A stretch of DNA of 63,791 bases, filler included, from Folioceros fuciformis (taxonomy: Eukaryota), in NCBI GenBank assembly GCA_049999805.1. It is 8 parts of 8 records of this genome, joined end to end, with 100 filler letters (N's around TTAATTAATTAA, not from the genome) between each part and the next. Parts side by side here need not be neighbours in the genome. Positions count along the whole stretch, not along the records: positions 18,770 to 37,373 come from JBNGIO010005765.1; positions 37,474 to 46,075 come from JBNGIO010005767.1; positions 46,176 to 52,034 come from JBNGIO010005768.1; 5 more parts are not named here. One strand, 5' to 3'. Shown here piece by piece: positions 35,358-48,290 of this stretch. Position 1 is the first letter of the stretch; every line of letters starts with the position of its first letter. The notes beneath the pieces were generated by a model. That model searched no databases, was not told the DNA's origin, and saw only the letters and a program-made list of their open reading frames with translations. Made by a program: the position numbers and the translations under genes.

Positions 35358-37373
35358 CTGTACAGATAGCCGTGCTCGGCTGCAATTCCCAGCCGAGGGC
35401 ATGCGGAAAACCAGGGATCCAGTTCACGTCGAGCCCGGCCACTGACGATGAACACCACATTTTTGGGGTCATTGCAGAGCGTGTTGAGCACGGCCAGCAC
35501 TTCGGGGGTGGGCTCCCTCTGCAACGAGGACTGCGGCTTCATGGTGCCATCGTAATCCAGCAGCAGCACCCTGCTCTTGCTCTTCCTGTAGGCAGCCACA
35601 ATCTGCTCCGTCAAGAGCTTGCGGAAGTTGGGGTCCAGTGCCACAACGCGGAAGCCAAGGCCGAAACCGATGCCATAACAGCGCCTGCGGGCATGGTCCT
35701 GACAAGTGCGGGAGAGATCCGCGATAAAACTACTGGCCCAGTAATCCACATCCCGGTCCTTGACGAACTTGAAGTGCTTCTCGTGCCTCATGTGCTTCTC
35801 GGGCTCGGGCATGGTGACGGCCATGTTCATGGCTTCCGCCACCGCCTCGATGTTCCACGGGTTCACCCGGATGGCTCCGCTCAGGGAAGGGGAGCAGCCG
35901 ATGAACTCCGACACGATGAGCATGCTCTTCTTGAGTTCTGCGGGGGCTCCCGGAGTGGTGGTAGCGTCCGCGGTGGAGCTGGCCGCCTCCCGGCACACAA
36001 TGTACTCGTAGGGGATGAGGTTCATGCCATCCCGGACGGCGGTCACGACGCAGCACTCCGCCACAGTGTAGAAGGCGATCCTCTCGTAGAGAGGCACATG
36101 GCGACCCAGCAGCATGACAGGTTCGTAGCCGGGGAAGCCGAAGTCGCGATTAATCCTGTCCGCAATCTGCTTCACCTCCTCCTCCAGCTCCTGCACATCC
36201 TTGCCCCTGCCACGCGCAGGGTTGGCCACCTGAACGAGGATGAGCTTGCCCTTCCACTCCGGGTGCTGTTTGAGCAGCTGCTCCATAGCCAGCAGCTTGA
36301 GGTCGATGCCCTTGAAGATGTCCATGTCGTCCACTCCCAACATGACAATCTTGCCCTGGAGCTGCGCCCGAAGCTCGCCAATGCGCCACTTGGTGTCGGG
36401 AAGGCGGAGGCGATCCTCCAGCTGTGCCATGTGTATGCCAACGGGCATGATTTTGATCCCTACAGTGCGGCCGTAGTATTCGAGGCCAATGTAGCCCCGC
36501 TTGGACTCGAATTCCAAGCCAAGCATCCGGGAGCAGCAGGAGAGGAAGTGGCGGGCGTAGTCGAAGGTGTGGAAGCCGATGAGATCGGAGTTGAGGAGAG
36601 CTCGCAGGATCTCGTCCCGCACGGGCAGGATGCGGTAGATCTCAGAGGAAGGGAAAGGGGAGTGGAGGAAGAAGCCGAGGCGGACCCGGTTGAAGCGCTT
36701 GCGCAGGAAGGTGGGTAGCACCATGAGATGGTAGTCGTGCACCCAGACGTAGTCATCATCCGGGTTGATCACCTCCATCACCTTGTCCGCAAACACCTTG
36801 TTGACCGAGACGTACGCCTGCCAGAGAGAGCGGTCGAAGCGGCCTCCGTGATCCGGCGTGAGCGGCAGCATGTAGTGGAAGAGCGGCCAGAGCTGCTGCT
36901 TGCAGAAGCCGAGGTAGAAACGCTGGCGGAGGTCGGCGTCGAAGAAGGCCGGCACGCAGTTGAAGTTGTCGAGCAGATTGGCGGCCACCTCGTCCTGCTC
37001 GCTCACCTCCACCTCCTCCTTGAGGCAGCCGATGTAGAGCACCTCCGTGTCGGCCGGCAAGCCCCGGCGCAGCTGCAACAGCAGCGAGTCCTCGTCCCAG
37101 AAGAAGGTCCATCCCAAGTTGTCCGGCCGCCGCTGCGCATGCAAGGGCAGAATGTGAGCCACGAGGATGATGCGCTCCTGCGCCACGGACGAGGCCGCCT
37201 CCGAAGTAACGCTGTTCGTGCTGGCCGCCTCATCCAGGTCGCTGGGCGTCCGCTGCTGCTGCTGCCCTGCCGGCGGCTCCGTCAGGATGCCTGCCACTGT
37301 CATAGCGCGCCGCATACTGCTTCCACCTTTTTTTTTTCCGCTACCTTGCACTCCCCTTCCGATCCCTACTCCC
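35358..37373 (-). CDS. TPS: Class II trehalose-6-phosphate synthase (GT20 plus TPP domain), exon 1; 5' end runs into the gap
   Basis: FCKQQLWPLFHY, WVHDYHL, GFFLHSPFPSSEIYR, LGVDDMDIFKGI, RDGMNLIPYEY, SEFIGCSPSLSGA, LLDYDGT. Donor CAG|GTAATG at 35357. Confidence 0.96.
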
Positions 37374-38046
37374 NNNNNNNNNNNNNNNNNNNNNNNNNNN
37401 NNNNNNNNNNNNNNNNNTTAATTAATTAANNNNNNNNNNNNNNNNNNNNNNNNNNNNNNNNNNNNNNNNNNNNGGGCAGCATGTCAGCCGCCGCCGCTTC
37501 TGGAAGACGAGAAACAAAGTAACAACGCGAGTTCCAGCAGCAGGCTTGATGGTGAGTAGAGGTTTGCAAGCCCTGATCAGATAAACATTGATCTTGAGCT
37601 TCATCCTAGACTCACGTGCTCTGTTGTGCATACAATCAATACATTTGCATTATTCTCAAGCTTCTCGTCCTATGCCCTCTGCACATTGTCAGATTCCTGC
37701 GAGGCAGTGCGGGAAACTGCAATTTTCTGTTTCGCAATCTAGATTTTGATAAGCGCAGACGCTTTACCCCGGTGGTATCATGAGTGAGAAGAAACGGAAA
37801 TTTTCTTTTAAGGCTATAGAAGCTGAGCGTGTCATATTCGAAGGCTGAATACGAGAGCCGATCCAGTTCCAACAATGTTCCACAAAACAAAATCAAGAAC
37901 GAAGCTTCCGTAAGAGTGAGCCCCAAGAAGACACCTGTTGAGGACGATTCCTCAACATTCTGAGCAGACTCACAGCTCTTCCGGACACTCCTGGTCAACG
38001 CACTTGTGACATTCCGTGACATGAACCAGAAGCTCCACATCTATCC

Positions 38047-39200
38047 TTAAACAGATGCACTCCTGGGCGCGAGGAACTTTGGAGAACTGTCCAAGGGTGA
38101 ATTGCCAGTCTCGCAACCCCGGGTCCACTCGTCAGACAAGGTGTGATAAGCGATTATCTCCCCATCCTCTTCCTTGTGAAACACAAGCATCAAAAGTGTG
38201 TCGCGAACAAACCCTACGTCCGCCACCCTAGAAGTGTACACGAATTCCTCCGGAGGGAGGGAGACAAGCGTCCACGCTGTACTGCCGTCATCCAACTTGA
38301 GAATAGTGCGTTCGGGCAGCACTGCGAACAGGGTCTCGCTGGAAGCGCTTGGAACCAAATACACATGTTTCCAAGAAACACTTGGATGGATACGCGGCAC
38401 TGTGCTAAGATATTCGGCCTTTGCACTCAAGCGCACCAGAACATACAGCTGTGAGACCCCCAAGCCCGGAAGCCTCAGCAAGGCATACATGAACCGCCGA
38501 CTTAGAAAATAGCGATACACACGAATGCCACCCGAAGCCAAGTCTGCGCCCACATCCAGTCCCACCTGATCAATCGAAGCCCGCGGAATGGCAAACCTGT
38601 TCCACGTCAGCGGCGGCACTCCGTTGGCAGAGCTGCTGGAGTAGATGTAGAAGCCGACCTCACCGAGATCCTGTGGAGTACGGTACGACACGGCAACACG
38701 GAAGCTGTTATCTCCGTCCACAACCATGGCCGGGTCACCCACACTGTCCTTCCACGGAAGGAGAGGAAGCTCCTTGGACGGGATTTCTTCCACAGGATTG
38801 AAGACGAAGACGCGCATCCTGCCCAAGCTGCAGCCGCTGCACTCGCGCACGACTAGTGCCAGCAGGCCACCTTGTGCGCACCAATTGCCGTCCTGCTTCA
38901 AATCTGACTCGTCCACATCCGCCGGGAGCATCATCTTCGCCACCTTCAAACGCGCCGCGCCTGTATCAAAGGCTTCCAGGGCACTGCACACAGCCATAGA
39001 TTTACCCGAGCGCAACGCTATTAAGGCCGTCTGATCCTGGAATTTAGAAGACAAAATGAGCTTCCACCACCGCTTGCACACAGTAGAGAAGCGAGCTTGC
39101 ACGGCGGCTGGAAGGAACAGCAGCACATTCTTCATCACAGATTCTCGAGTGAGAATCAGAATCAGAATCAGAATGTTCTCGAGTATGAACAGAACAGTGT
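38047..39200 (-). CDS. Single-exon F-box protein (5' end uncertain or possibly disrupted)
   Basis: F-box motif ESVMKNVLLFLPAAVQARFSTVCKRWWKLI followed by a typical GGLL...VFNP...ELPLLP association region, within ORF 38047-39351. Confidence 0.75.
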
Positions 39201-39259
39201 ACACAAAACGGTTCGTTCCCTGCGTGGGAAGACCTGAGATCCCCGGGTTAGAGGAATGT

Positions 39260-39880
39260 TGGCCCGACGGGTGCTGGCTATGGAAATGTTTCACTTGAGA
39301 TGCTGGTGGAGTGGTGGCAAAGGAAGTCTTGTATGCAACAGCTCTTCTCACGTCTCATCCTGCCAGCAACATTTCTACCACAACCACTCATGGTCCTCTT
39401 GTTTTGTTCAAGGTAGACAACCAATCCGCTCTCGCTCTTGCTGGCAACCCGAAGTTCAGCCCCAAGTGCAAGCACATCGATCTCCAATATCACTACATGC
39501 GCAAGAAATGTGCATCGGGAACGAGGGTCTTGAGTATTGCCCGAAAGAGCTTATCGGGGCAGACGTCTTGACCAATAGCTTGCCTCGTGTCAAACACTGA
39601 GCGTGTACAGCCCTGCTAAGGAGTCAATGGTCATCTTTATCAAGACAGTAAGCTAGCCAAACAGACTTAGCCTGAGGCGAGTATTAGAATATCAATCTAG
39701 ATGTTAGGCAAACCTCCTCCTCCCCTGAAAGTCACACCCTTTCGGGATGACAATAAGATTTGCTGTAACCAAGTGCAAATTAATCATTCTTACATTGGTT
39801 ACAAATTAATCATACTTACATTCCTTCGCACCCACTGATTTTATATTTCGTAGGCGTCAACAATTCCAGACTTGAAATGT
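39260..39880 (+). mobile_element. Degenerate copia RNase H fragment plus probable 3' LTR
   Basis: DNQSALALAGNPKFSPKCKHIDLQYHYMR; purine tract near 39673 followed by an AT-rich block. Confidence 0.7.
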
Positions 39881-39884
39881 TGGA

Positions 39885-39990
39885 GTTGTCATGGAACCAT
39901 TTGCACGCCCATATCCCGTCCTCCCTGCTGGCCACCGTTATCTCGGACCTGTCCCACAACAACTTGTCTGGGCCTATTCCTCAGAACTTT
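39885..39990 (+). pseudogene. Isolated LRR fragment paralogous to the downstream LRR-RLK
   Basis: TTGTCATGGAAC...GACCTGTCCCACAACAACTTGTCTGG matches 41616-41702 and about 43070-43142. Confidence 0.75.
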
Positions 39991-40775
39991 GAAATGAGCG
40001 CACACAAAGCTTTACTGGACGTACACTAACTGGAGCTCCTCTCGCAACTCACTCGCACTTCAACTGAAACCAGTAGCCGCGAATTTGAGATGCTCCTCCT
40101 AAGCACCCACAAGAAGGGGGAGAGAGAAAGCAGAGAGAGAAGGCAGAGGAGTGGAAACGGGGAAGGAAAAGATGGAGGGAAGGGGAGAGACGGGGAGACA
40201 GAAATAGGAGAGAGAAACATACACGGGGTGTGTATGCTGGTGGCCGGTGAGAGGAGCATGGCATGGCATGCCGGCATGTCTCCGTTGGAGAGCCTTGGGA
40301 AGCGGGCGACATTACTTTGTCCGTGTCATTAGCTCATGCCTGCCTCATTAGTGCTGTACAGCCGAATACTGTCTTGGGTTCCAGCACGCGACTGGACCTT
40401 CGAAGGACTTGACTCCTGTGGTGACAGGCCTGTTTGCCTGCGCGTTGACGGTGACGGGGAAAGGGTCATCCGGAGCTTCCACCTTAAAGCCAAGGTTGCG
40501 CAGTTAGTTGCGTAGCGGAGTCTTGAGTCCCGGGAGTGTGTGATTGCAGCAGGTGCGTGGTGGCTTCGTCCTTCCTTCGCAGTTGGTCGCCGCAGGAGAA
40601 GATTTGTTGTCGCTTGACAGTGTGCGGATTTGCATGCAGGATGAAGGCCTTTGCAACATCAATGCTGGTCGGGGTCGGGGTAGGGCGGCTCGTGGCTGTG
40701 GATTGCAGGTGTGGCGGGGCCTGGGGTGGTTCGCGTTCAGGACCGGGCCTTGGCTTGTGGATACGCGTCACACTC

Positions 40776-43059
40776 ATGATGACATGCAGTTTGCTGCTGG
40801 CAGTGTGCCTCCTTGGAAGCAATGTCGGTGCCGAGCTCTCCCTTGATGGACAGATCCTGCTCGATTTTGCGTTCAACGACGCCGCGGGATACACGGGGAA
40901 CTGCGAGTGGTTGGGTTCGGGTGTTTTGCAATGCCGATTCCGCTGTTCGCCGGGTCGATTTTTCCGGTTGCTCTTTTTTAATTTCGGGTACCCTGGACCG
41001 TTTAAGTTGTATGAGAAGCCTTCAAGAGTTGGACTTGTCCTCCAACCCCTACCTGTCGGATACCGAAGGGCCTGCTGTTGCCAATTTCCCTGAGTTAATG
41101 TGGCTGGATGTGTCCGGAAGTTGGTGCTGGGACTACCCCGTTTTCAGCGAAGCAACAAACCTTCGCTACCTGTATGCGGACGGAGTGTGCGACCTTCACT
41201 CCTCGACCAAGACCAAGGTAACCCTCCCGAGCTGGAACTGGCCGCGGGGCCTGGTGGTTTTGTCTCTGTATGACGCTCTTCTGACAGGAGGCTTGCCAGA
41301 GGAGTTCACCAAACTCACCCAACTGGTGACCCTGGATGTGTCTCACAACTTCTTCAACGGAAGCATCCGCAATCTGGAAGGACTTACACACGCCTTACCC
41401 GCCTCTCTCTCACCAGCCACAATTTTAGCGGGGAGGTGCCCGCTGCCCCGGCTCTGCGATACCTGGATGCCGCCCTCAACAATTTCACGACCTTCCCCGA
41501 TGCCTTCTTCCAGATGCATCCAGTTCTACGGCGGGTGAACCTTTCCCGGAACAGACTTGGAGGACAATTACCGGATTTCACAGGCGTCAACGTTTCCAGT
41601 CTTGACACGTTGGACTTGTCATGGAACTATCTGCACGGCCGTATCCCGTCCTCCTTTCCGGGCACCTGGCATTTGGACTTGTCCCACAACAACTTGTCTG
41701 GCCCCATCCCTCCCGACTTTGGCGTTGGGTTCTTCGGACAGATGGATCTCTCCGGAAATGAGCTAAATGGCAGCATTCCTGCCTCTTTGCTATATTCTGC
41801 AGGCCACATAATCTACTTGAATCTCTCCAAAAATTCTCTGGTGGGCAGCATACCGGAGGTTCCCCCGGAGATTCCCTATCCCATCGTAATCTCTACACTG
41901 GATCTGGGTGACAACCAGCTGAATGGTCCTCTTCCTTCCTCCTTCATCTCCAAATGTATCTGCTTCCATCTGTGGCTTCAGAACAACCATTTATCTGGTG
42001 ACTTGATCGTATTTCTCAGCAGGTCACTTCCCCAGACCTTTAGCACGAGCAATATCCGAGTCCAAGGCAACCGATTCACCGGAGACCTCACCAACTTGCT
42101 CGAGATCCGCCTTTCATTTGGGCGGGTTTTCGACTTGAGCCACAACAATTTCATCATGACACCTTCTGACAACTTCTCCAATCCCTTGCAGAGTGTGCTG
42201 GAGGTCAGTTGTGTCCCTGAACTTGATGGACCTGAGTCCGACCCTCAAACCTCTACCATCCCGCCCGTGCTGCAGGAATTTCGGCTAGCGGGTACCGATC
42301 TCATGGGAATACCTCTGCCGGACAGCATCAAATGCAAATTTTCAGCCTGGACCGGTGTGGAGTCGTTGCGGATCTTGGATCTTGCATCCTGCAACTTGAG
42401 CGGAACAGTGCCGGACAAGCTTTTCAATGTTTCCCTGCTCGACTTGACCTTCCTCAACTTGTCCAACAACAGATTATCTGGCCCTATTCCCCCAAGCTTA
42501 CCTGTCACTCTCGCCGTCTTGGATCTCAGCAATACCAATGTGGAGGGAACCATTCCGGCTGAGCTTTTCACTGGTCTGCCCAGCCTGTTGCACTTCAACG
42601 CATCCCGCAGCAAGCTGAACGGCCCCATCCCAGACAGCTTTCCAGTCTCTCTCCAAGTCTTGGACCTCAGCCACAACAACCTGTCAGGACAAATACCTGC
42701 TAAGCTTTTCTTTGCATTGCCTAACCTGAGGACCATCAATCTGTCTGGCAACGATCTGTCAGGACCCATACCAGATGGCCTGCCTCCGGATCTCAATGTA
42801 ACCAGCCTCTTCGCCGACAATCCGGGACTGTGCGGCGGACCTCTTCCGCCCTGCTGGAATCAACGTCCTGTAGCGATGGCCATGGAATCAACGTGTGGGT
42901 GCTTGTGGCAGTGGTGGTTGCCTCCGTCACGGTTTCCGCGGCCACTTGTTTGTTCTCCGTGTGGAGATGGAGAGTGTATTCCAGAAAGCACCAGCAAGAT
43001 GCGGACTTGATTGCCGCCTTGCTCGAGAGGGGAACGGTGACGGTGATGCCTCTTCGGGA
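40776..43059 (+). pseudogene. LRR receptor-like kinase copy 1 (signal peptide, LRRNT, LRRs, TM) with three frameshifts
   Basis: MMTCSLLLAVCLLG...DGQILLDF..C.W, many LxxLDLSxNxLSGxIP repeats, NPGLCG cap and TM. Frame changes at about 40915, 41388 and 42872. Confidence 0.85.
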
Positions 43060-43069
43060 NNNNNNNNNN

Positions 43070-44676
43070 ATCTGCACGGCCGTATCCCGTCCTTCGTGCC
43101 GGCTCTGGCGTACCTGGACCTGTCCCACAACAACTTGTCTGGCCCCATCCCTCCGGACTTTCGTGGCATGGCATGGCTGGATCTCTCTGGAAATGAGCTA
43201 AATGGCAGCATTCCTGCCTCTTTGCTATACGTCGAACATCTTAAGGCATATGCGGATCTCTATGTGAATCTCTCCAGAAATTCTCTGGTGGGCACCATAC
43301 CCGAGGCTCCCTTGGACAGTCTCGAGACATTCCCATTTGGTGGGCTGGACCTGAGTGACAATCAGCTGAATGGTTCTCTTCCTTCCTCCTTCAGCTCCCA
43401 CTGCTACTTCGACCTGCTGTGGCTCCAGAACAACCAGCTATCTGGTGACTTGATCGTCCTTCTCAGCAGGTCACTTCAACTTGGCAGCAGTAGTATCCGA
43501 GTCCGAGGCAACCGATTCACCGGGGACCTCCCCAACTTGCTCCAGACCCACAACATTTCCTTCGGGCCAGTTTTCGACTTGAGCCACAACAATTTCATCA
43601 TGACACCTTCCGACGACTTCTCCAATCCCTTGCAGCGCATCCTGGAGATCAGTTGTTTCCAACCTCAAGACTACTCCCCCCCGCCCCAGCTGCAGGAACT
43701 TCGGCTAGCGGGTACCGATCTCATGGGCATACCAATGCCGGACAGCCTCAATTGTACCTTTTATGGCTGGACCGGTCTGGAGTCGTTGCAGATCTTGGAT
43801 CTTGCGTCTTGCAACTTGAGTGGAACAGTGCCGGACAAGTTGCTCAATGTTTCCCTGCCCAATTTGACCTTCCTCAACTTGTCCAACAACAGATTATCTG
43901 GGCCCATTCCCCCAAGCTTACCTGTCACTCTCGCCATCTTGGATCTAAGCAACACCAATGTGGGGGGAACCATGCCGGCTGACCTTTTCACTGGTCTGCC
44001 CAGCCTGTTGCACTTCAACGCATCCCGCAGCAAGCTGAACGGCCCCATCCCAGACAGCTTCCCAATCTCTCTCCAAGTCTTGGACCTCAGCCACAACAAC
44101 CTGTCAGGACAAATACCTGCTACTTTTTTCTTTGCATTGCCTAACCTGAGGACCATCATTCTCTCTGGCAACAATCTGTCAGGACCCATACCAGATGGCC
44201 TGCGTCCGGATCTCAATGTAACCAGCTTCTTCGCCGACAATCCGGGGCTGTGCGGCGGACCTCTTCCGCCCTGCTGGAATCAACTTCCTGTAGGTGATGG
44301 CCATGGTATCAACCTGTGGGTGCTTGAGGCAGTGGTGGTTGCCTCCGTCATGGTTTGCGCGGCCAGTTGTTTGTTTTCCGTGTGGAGATGGAGAGTTTAT
44401 TCCAGAAAGCACCGGCAAGATGAGGACTTGATTGCCACATTGCTCGAGAGGGAAACGGTGACGGTGATGTCTCTTCGGGAACTCCGCAAAGCCACCTCCA
44501 ACTTCTCGGACTCGGCCCAGATCGGGGCTCGCGGCTTCGGCACAGTCTACAGGGGCGAACTCGACGATGGCACGCCAGTGGCCATCAAGAAGGGCAAGCG
44601 TGAAGGCTCCCCAGAATACAAGCACCAGTTTCTCAATGAGGTCAGGATTCTGTCGGGAGTCAGTTCTCAAGGCACA
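43070..44676 (+). pseudogene. LRR-RLK copy 2 (LRRs, TM, kinase subdomains I-III), truncated by a copia insertion
   Basis: Duplicates 41630-43059, then continues SLRELRKATSNFS...IGARGFGTVYRG...VAIKK...FLNEVRIL until homology ends at about 44665. Confidence 0.88.
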
Positions 44677-46075
44677 TGAATTTCAGAGAAGCGTAGAACA
44701 AAAGTGTATATATATTTGAAAGGTCAACAAAGATAATGTTTTAAGAGCATATAAAAGTAGTTATAAAAACTGAATCTAGATGTGTATTCATATTGCTATA
44801 ACTAAGGCTCTAATAGTCATAACCTCTACACTCCCACTCACGTTTGAAGCAACATAAATAAGACTAGTAAACTAACACGTCCAATTCACTCTTGATAAGA
44901 ACATATATATGTATAGCAAGTTAGTGTATGTGCATAGGAGCTCCCACTTAAGAAGAAGCATAGGAGCTCCCACTAAAGAAGAACCATTTGATAAGTCCAC
45001 AAGGCCTAAAGCAGAAGAGAAATACTGGTCCTTGGCCTTGGATAACCTTTTGTAAATATATCTACCAAGTTCTCTTTTGTTGGGATGTATTCAATAGTTA
45101 CATGATGCTCGGAGACAAGATGTCTAATAAAATGATGATAAACACCTATATGCTTGGTCCGAGCATGGTACTTGGCATTCCTGGTTAAAGCTATTGCCGA
45201 CATATTGTCGCAATACAACAAGGTAGGTGAGTCTTGAGCTTGATCCATCTCCGCTATTAAGGACCTTCCAACTACAGCTTCCTTGCCAACAAGCGTTAAG
45301 AAAGCATACTCACTCTCGGTTGAGCTAAGAGATACACTCTGTTGTTTCTTACATGTCTATGAAACTGCAGCACCACACAAGGTAAAACAATAGCTAGATA
45401 GGCTTTTCCTTGTCACGGGATCAGCTGCCCAATTAGCATCAGACCAACCCTCAAGTAATCGTCTTCCTGTTCCTGATTGCTTATATTGAAGTCCTATATG
45501 AAGGGTCCCAGACAGATAACGATAGATGCGTTTTACATCAAACCAATGAGCTAAACCAAGATTAGAAAGGAATTGCGATACAATAGAAACAGCATGAGTG
45601 ATATTAAGATGATTCCAGCCACTAAGGAAGAGTAAACATCCTACTGCCTCCCTATAAGGTGTGTAAAGCATCCTCTCTCGTTCCTCCTCTGTGGGTGGGC
45701 TGTCCTGAGTAGATAAGACTTGTCTAGCTGCAAGGGGAGTGGCTGTAGGACAAGCTGCCTCAAGCTTGAAACGATTAAGAAGCTCTTTAACATATTTGGT
45801 TTAATAAATACTAAGTGTACCTTTTGCCCTATTCCTAGCAATTTGAACTTCAAGACAATAGGTAAGAGTCCCAATGTCCTTCATCTTGTACCTAGAACTA
45901 AGAGAGGTCTTCACTTTTGACAATAACTCCTGGTTGTTAATAGCAATTATGATGTCGTCCACATATAAAGCAATAATAACCAGCTTTGCATCTTTGCGGA
46001 GGAAGTATACATTCTCATCAGAATCACAACAAACAAAGCCAATCTCGACAAGAGTACCATCAATATCAACATACC
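44677..46075 (-). mobile_element. Degenerate copia RT/RNase H with 3' LTR (about 44677-44830)
   Basis: YVDDII, WSDANWA and CDNMSAIAL...HARTKHI fragments. PPT GAGTGGGAG followed by TGTAGAGG at 44830. Confidence 0.85.
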
Positions 46076-47203
46076 NNNNNNNNNNNNNNNNNNNNNNNNN
46101 NNNNNNNNNNNNNNNNNNNTTAATTAATTAANNNNNNNNNNNNNNNNNNNNNNNNNNNNNNNNNNNNNNNNNNNNGCCAGGATGAAACCTGGCGCAGAAG
46201 CAAGGAAGAAGAGCACAGCAGCTGCGGCCGCCACCTTAATCTGCATTCCTGTCCCTGATTGATTCGTATGTGCCGCCATCGCTAAAGGCCCTAGAACGTT
46301 CCACTGTTGCCTTGCAGAACGGGTATTGCTGTACGCAATAGGCTGACGAACAGCCTAACAAATAAAATCTGAAAAGTTCCGAACAGGCCTTCCACGTGAT
46401 TGGGGCACAGCTTCAGGTCGATGGAAAGTGAGATTGCTCGTTGCCGATGAGACTAGTGAGACAGCAATCGTGAGCAAGCCTGAATGTGTGAAAAAGCTAT
46501 AGCTTGGTGACATGCTGGGCTCCGGCTACCTCTTTTATAGTGCTCAAAGACGCGCCTGCAGTTGCGACGCAACATCCCAGCCTGCAGGTGCTTCACCGCA
46601 AAAGTCACATCTTCCACGACTTGAGTCCCCTGCGATCAAGTCAAGCTGAGCACGCCATCTTTCCGACATTTGACTCCTGCAGGATGCATAGTGTAGACTG
46701 CTCCCAGGCCCAACGGTCCCACACAGTCCCACCTGAAGACTGGCGTCACATCCCCACTAGGAGCCTGACAGGAGAAGCCGCACACGAATCAGGTAACGAA
46801 CTGAAACTGTTTGGTTACAGGGTAGAGTCCTAATCAGATTAGCAACATGGTATCCACCGGTAGGCCATAACCGTAATTCCTTGAACATAATATGGACATG
46901 TGTCAGCGCATTGCGCAAGCAAGTTTGCCTCCAATTCGCAAAGGCATCCACGGATGCAGTTAGCGATTGGAAACTCTCCGAACCAATCAAACACCTTGGT
47001 TACATGTGTGAAACTGACCCGTTTCGAACGATTTCCGTATCCGCTGCTGAAATACCGACCAGATGCGGTATCCTCCACAGATGCCTCAGAATCGACTGCT
47101 TGAAGATGGATTGACTGCATCCCGCGTCCACTCGACGGTGACTGGACCCAGAGAAGGGTCGTAAAACCGCGCTGCACCCGGCCCTGCCCCCCTCTCCTCT
47201 TAG

Positions 47204-48290
47204 GAAGAAGAAGAAGAATTTTATTTAAGTCCATTAAAGATGGATTTCTGTCATGGGACTGAATTGTCAAACATTGAAAAGAAGAAAGAAATACTTAACA
47301 GTTATTCTGAGCCTAATGTATGATCCGTGAGGTTGAACTGTTGCATATCGTGCTCTCATCTTCCACATTTGTTTCAAACAACCTCCGTAATAATAGGATC
47401 CGGAAAACAAAAAAATCCCCTAAGGTAAAATTTTGCACATTTATTTGCCGCCACAAATAAACGTTCAAAGTTCTATTGAATATCCTCATACATGAGACAA
47501 AGAAACACAAAGTGTTCCTCTGTCTCAACAACCCTATCGCATAACCTGCAAATTCGGGACTCCTTTAGGGGCTTTGGGCGAAGCCATCTATATGTCTCAA
47601 CCCTGAGACGATGAGAGCCAACCCGAAAATGGCCCATAATCATCCTAAGGTTAAAAGACACATGGGTGCGAAGATAGACAGGAAGGCTTGGTTTCTTGGA
47701 CTTGGAGAGGACAGGAAAACATTGTTTGTACGTGTCGAGCCTAGTAGGTAAAGGGGACAAAGGCGACCAAGTATATGACAGACAGGTAGTTTGTAGCTCA
47801 AGGCGAATGGACTTATTTGGGGGAGGGGGGAGAAATGGGAAGAGGTGGTGGGCTGGGAGACTCTCAAGACAAAAACCAAGTTTTTGGAGCGAAGAGCAGG
47901 ATTGAGCATACCAACATGTTTGATTTCCTGAGAGACAGCTAGTTTTCAAGAGGACTGAAAGGCAACAAGAAGGTACGAGGGAGAAGAGGTGGGGTTCTCA
48001 AACTGGGCATCCTCTAAAGAATAGAGGCGGTATAGGAAGTTGTTTAAGCGGAACAAACCCTCAAGTTCAAGTGGGAAGGTAGCAAACTCAGCAAGAAGGA
48101 TGGCCAAGGGAACATACCTCTTACATGTAATGTGGGGCCGAAGAAAGGATGTCTAAACTTCCTCCACTTTGGACCAATCATCGAGTGAGAGATAGGGTCC
48201 CCAAAATTCCGTTGCATACATTGCAGAAGGATCCTTGGTGTCACCAAGCGAGGGTGGGCAGGAAGCTGCACGAGGTAACGAATGCCGCGT
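47204..48290 (-). mobile_element. Non-LTR retrotransposon (LINE) 3' fragment
   Basis: Post-RT region YATEFWG...FLR...ILLAEF, then FRVGSHRLRVET and CCHC finger CRLCDRVVETEEHFVFLC. The 3' end is AATAAA followed by a (TTC)n tail at 47204-47225. Confidence 0.8.

Noticed and set aside
34985-36718. 577-aa plus-strand ORF (and 36728-37429)
   Set aside because: Antisense shadow of the GC3-rich TPS exon, with no recognisable motifs.
46176-47200. Several 60-140 aa ORFs
   Set aside because: No recognisable domain or consistent exon structure.
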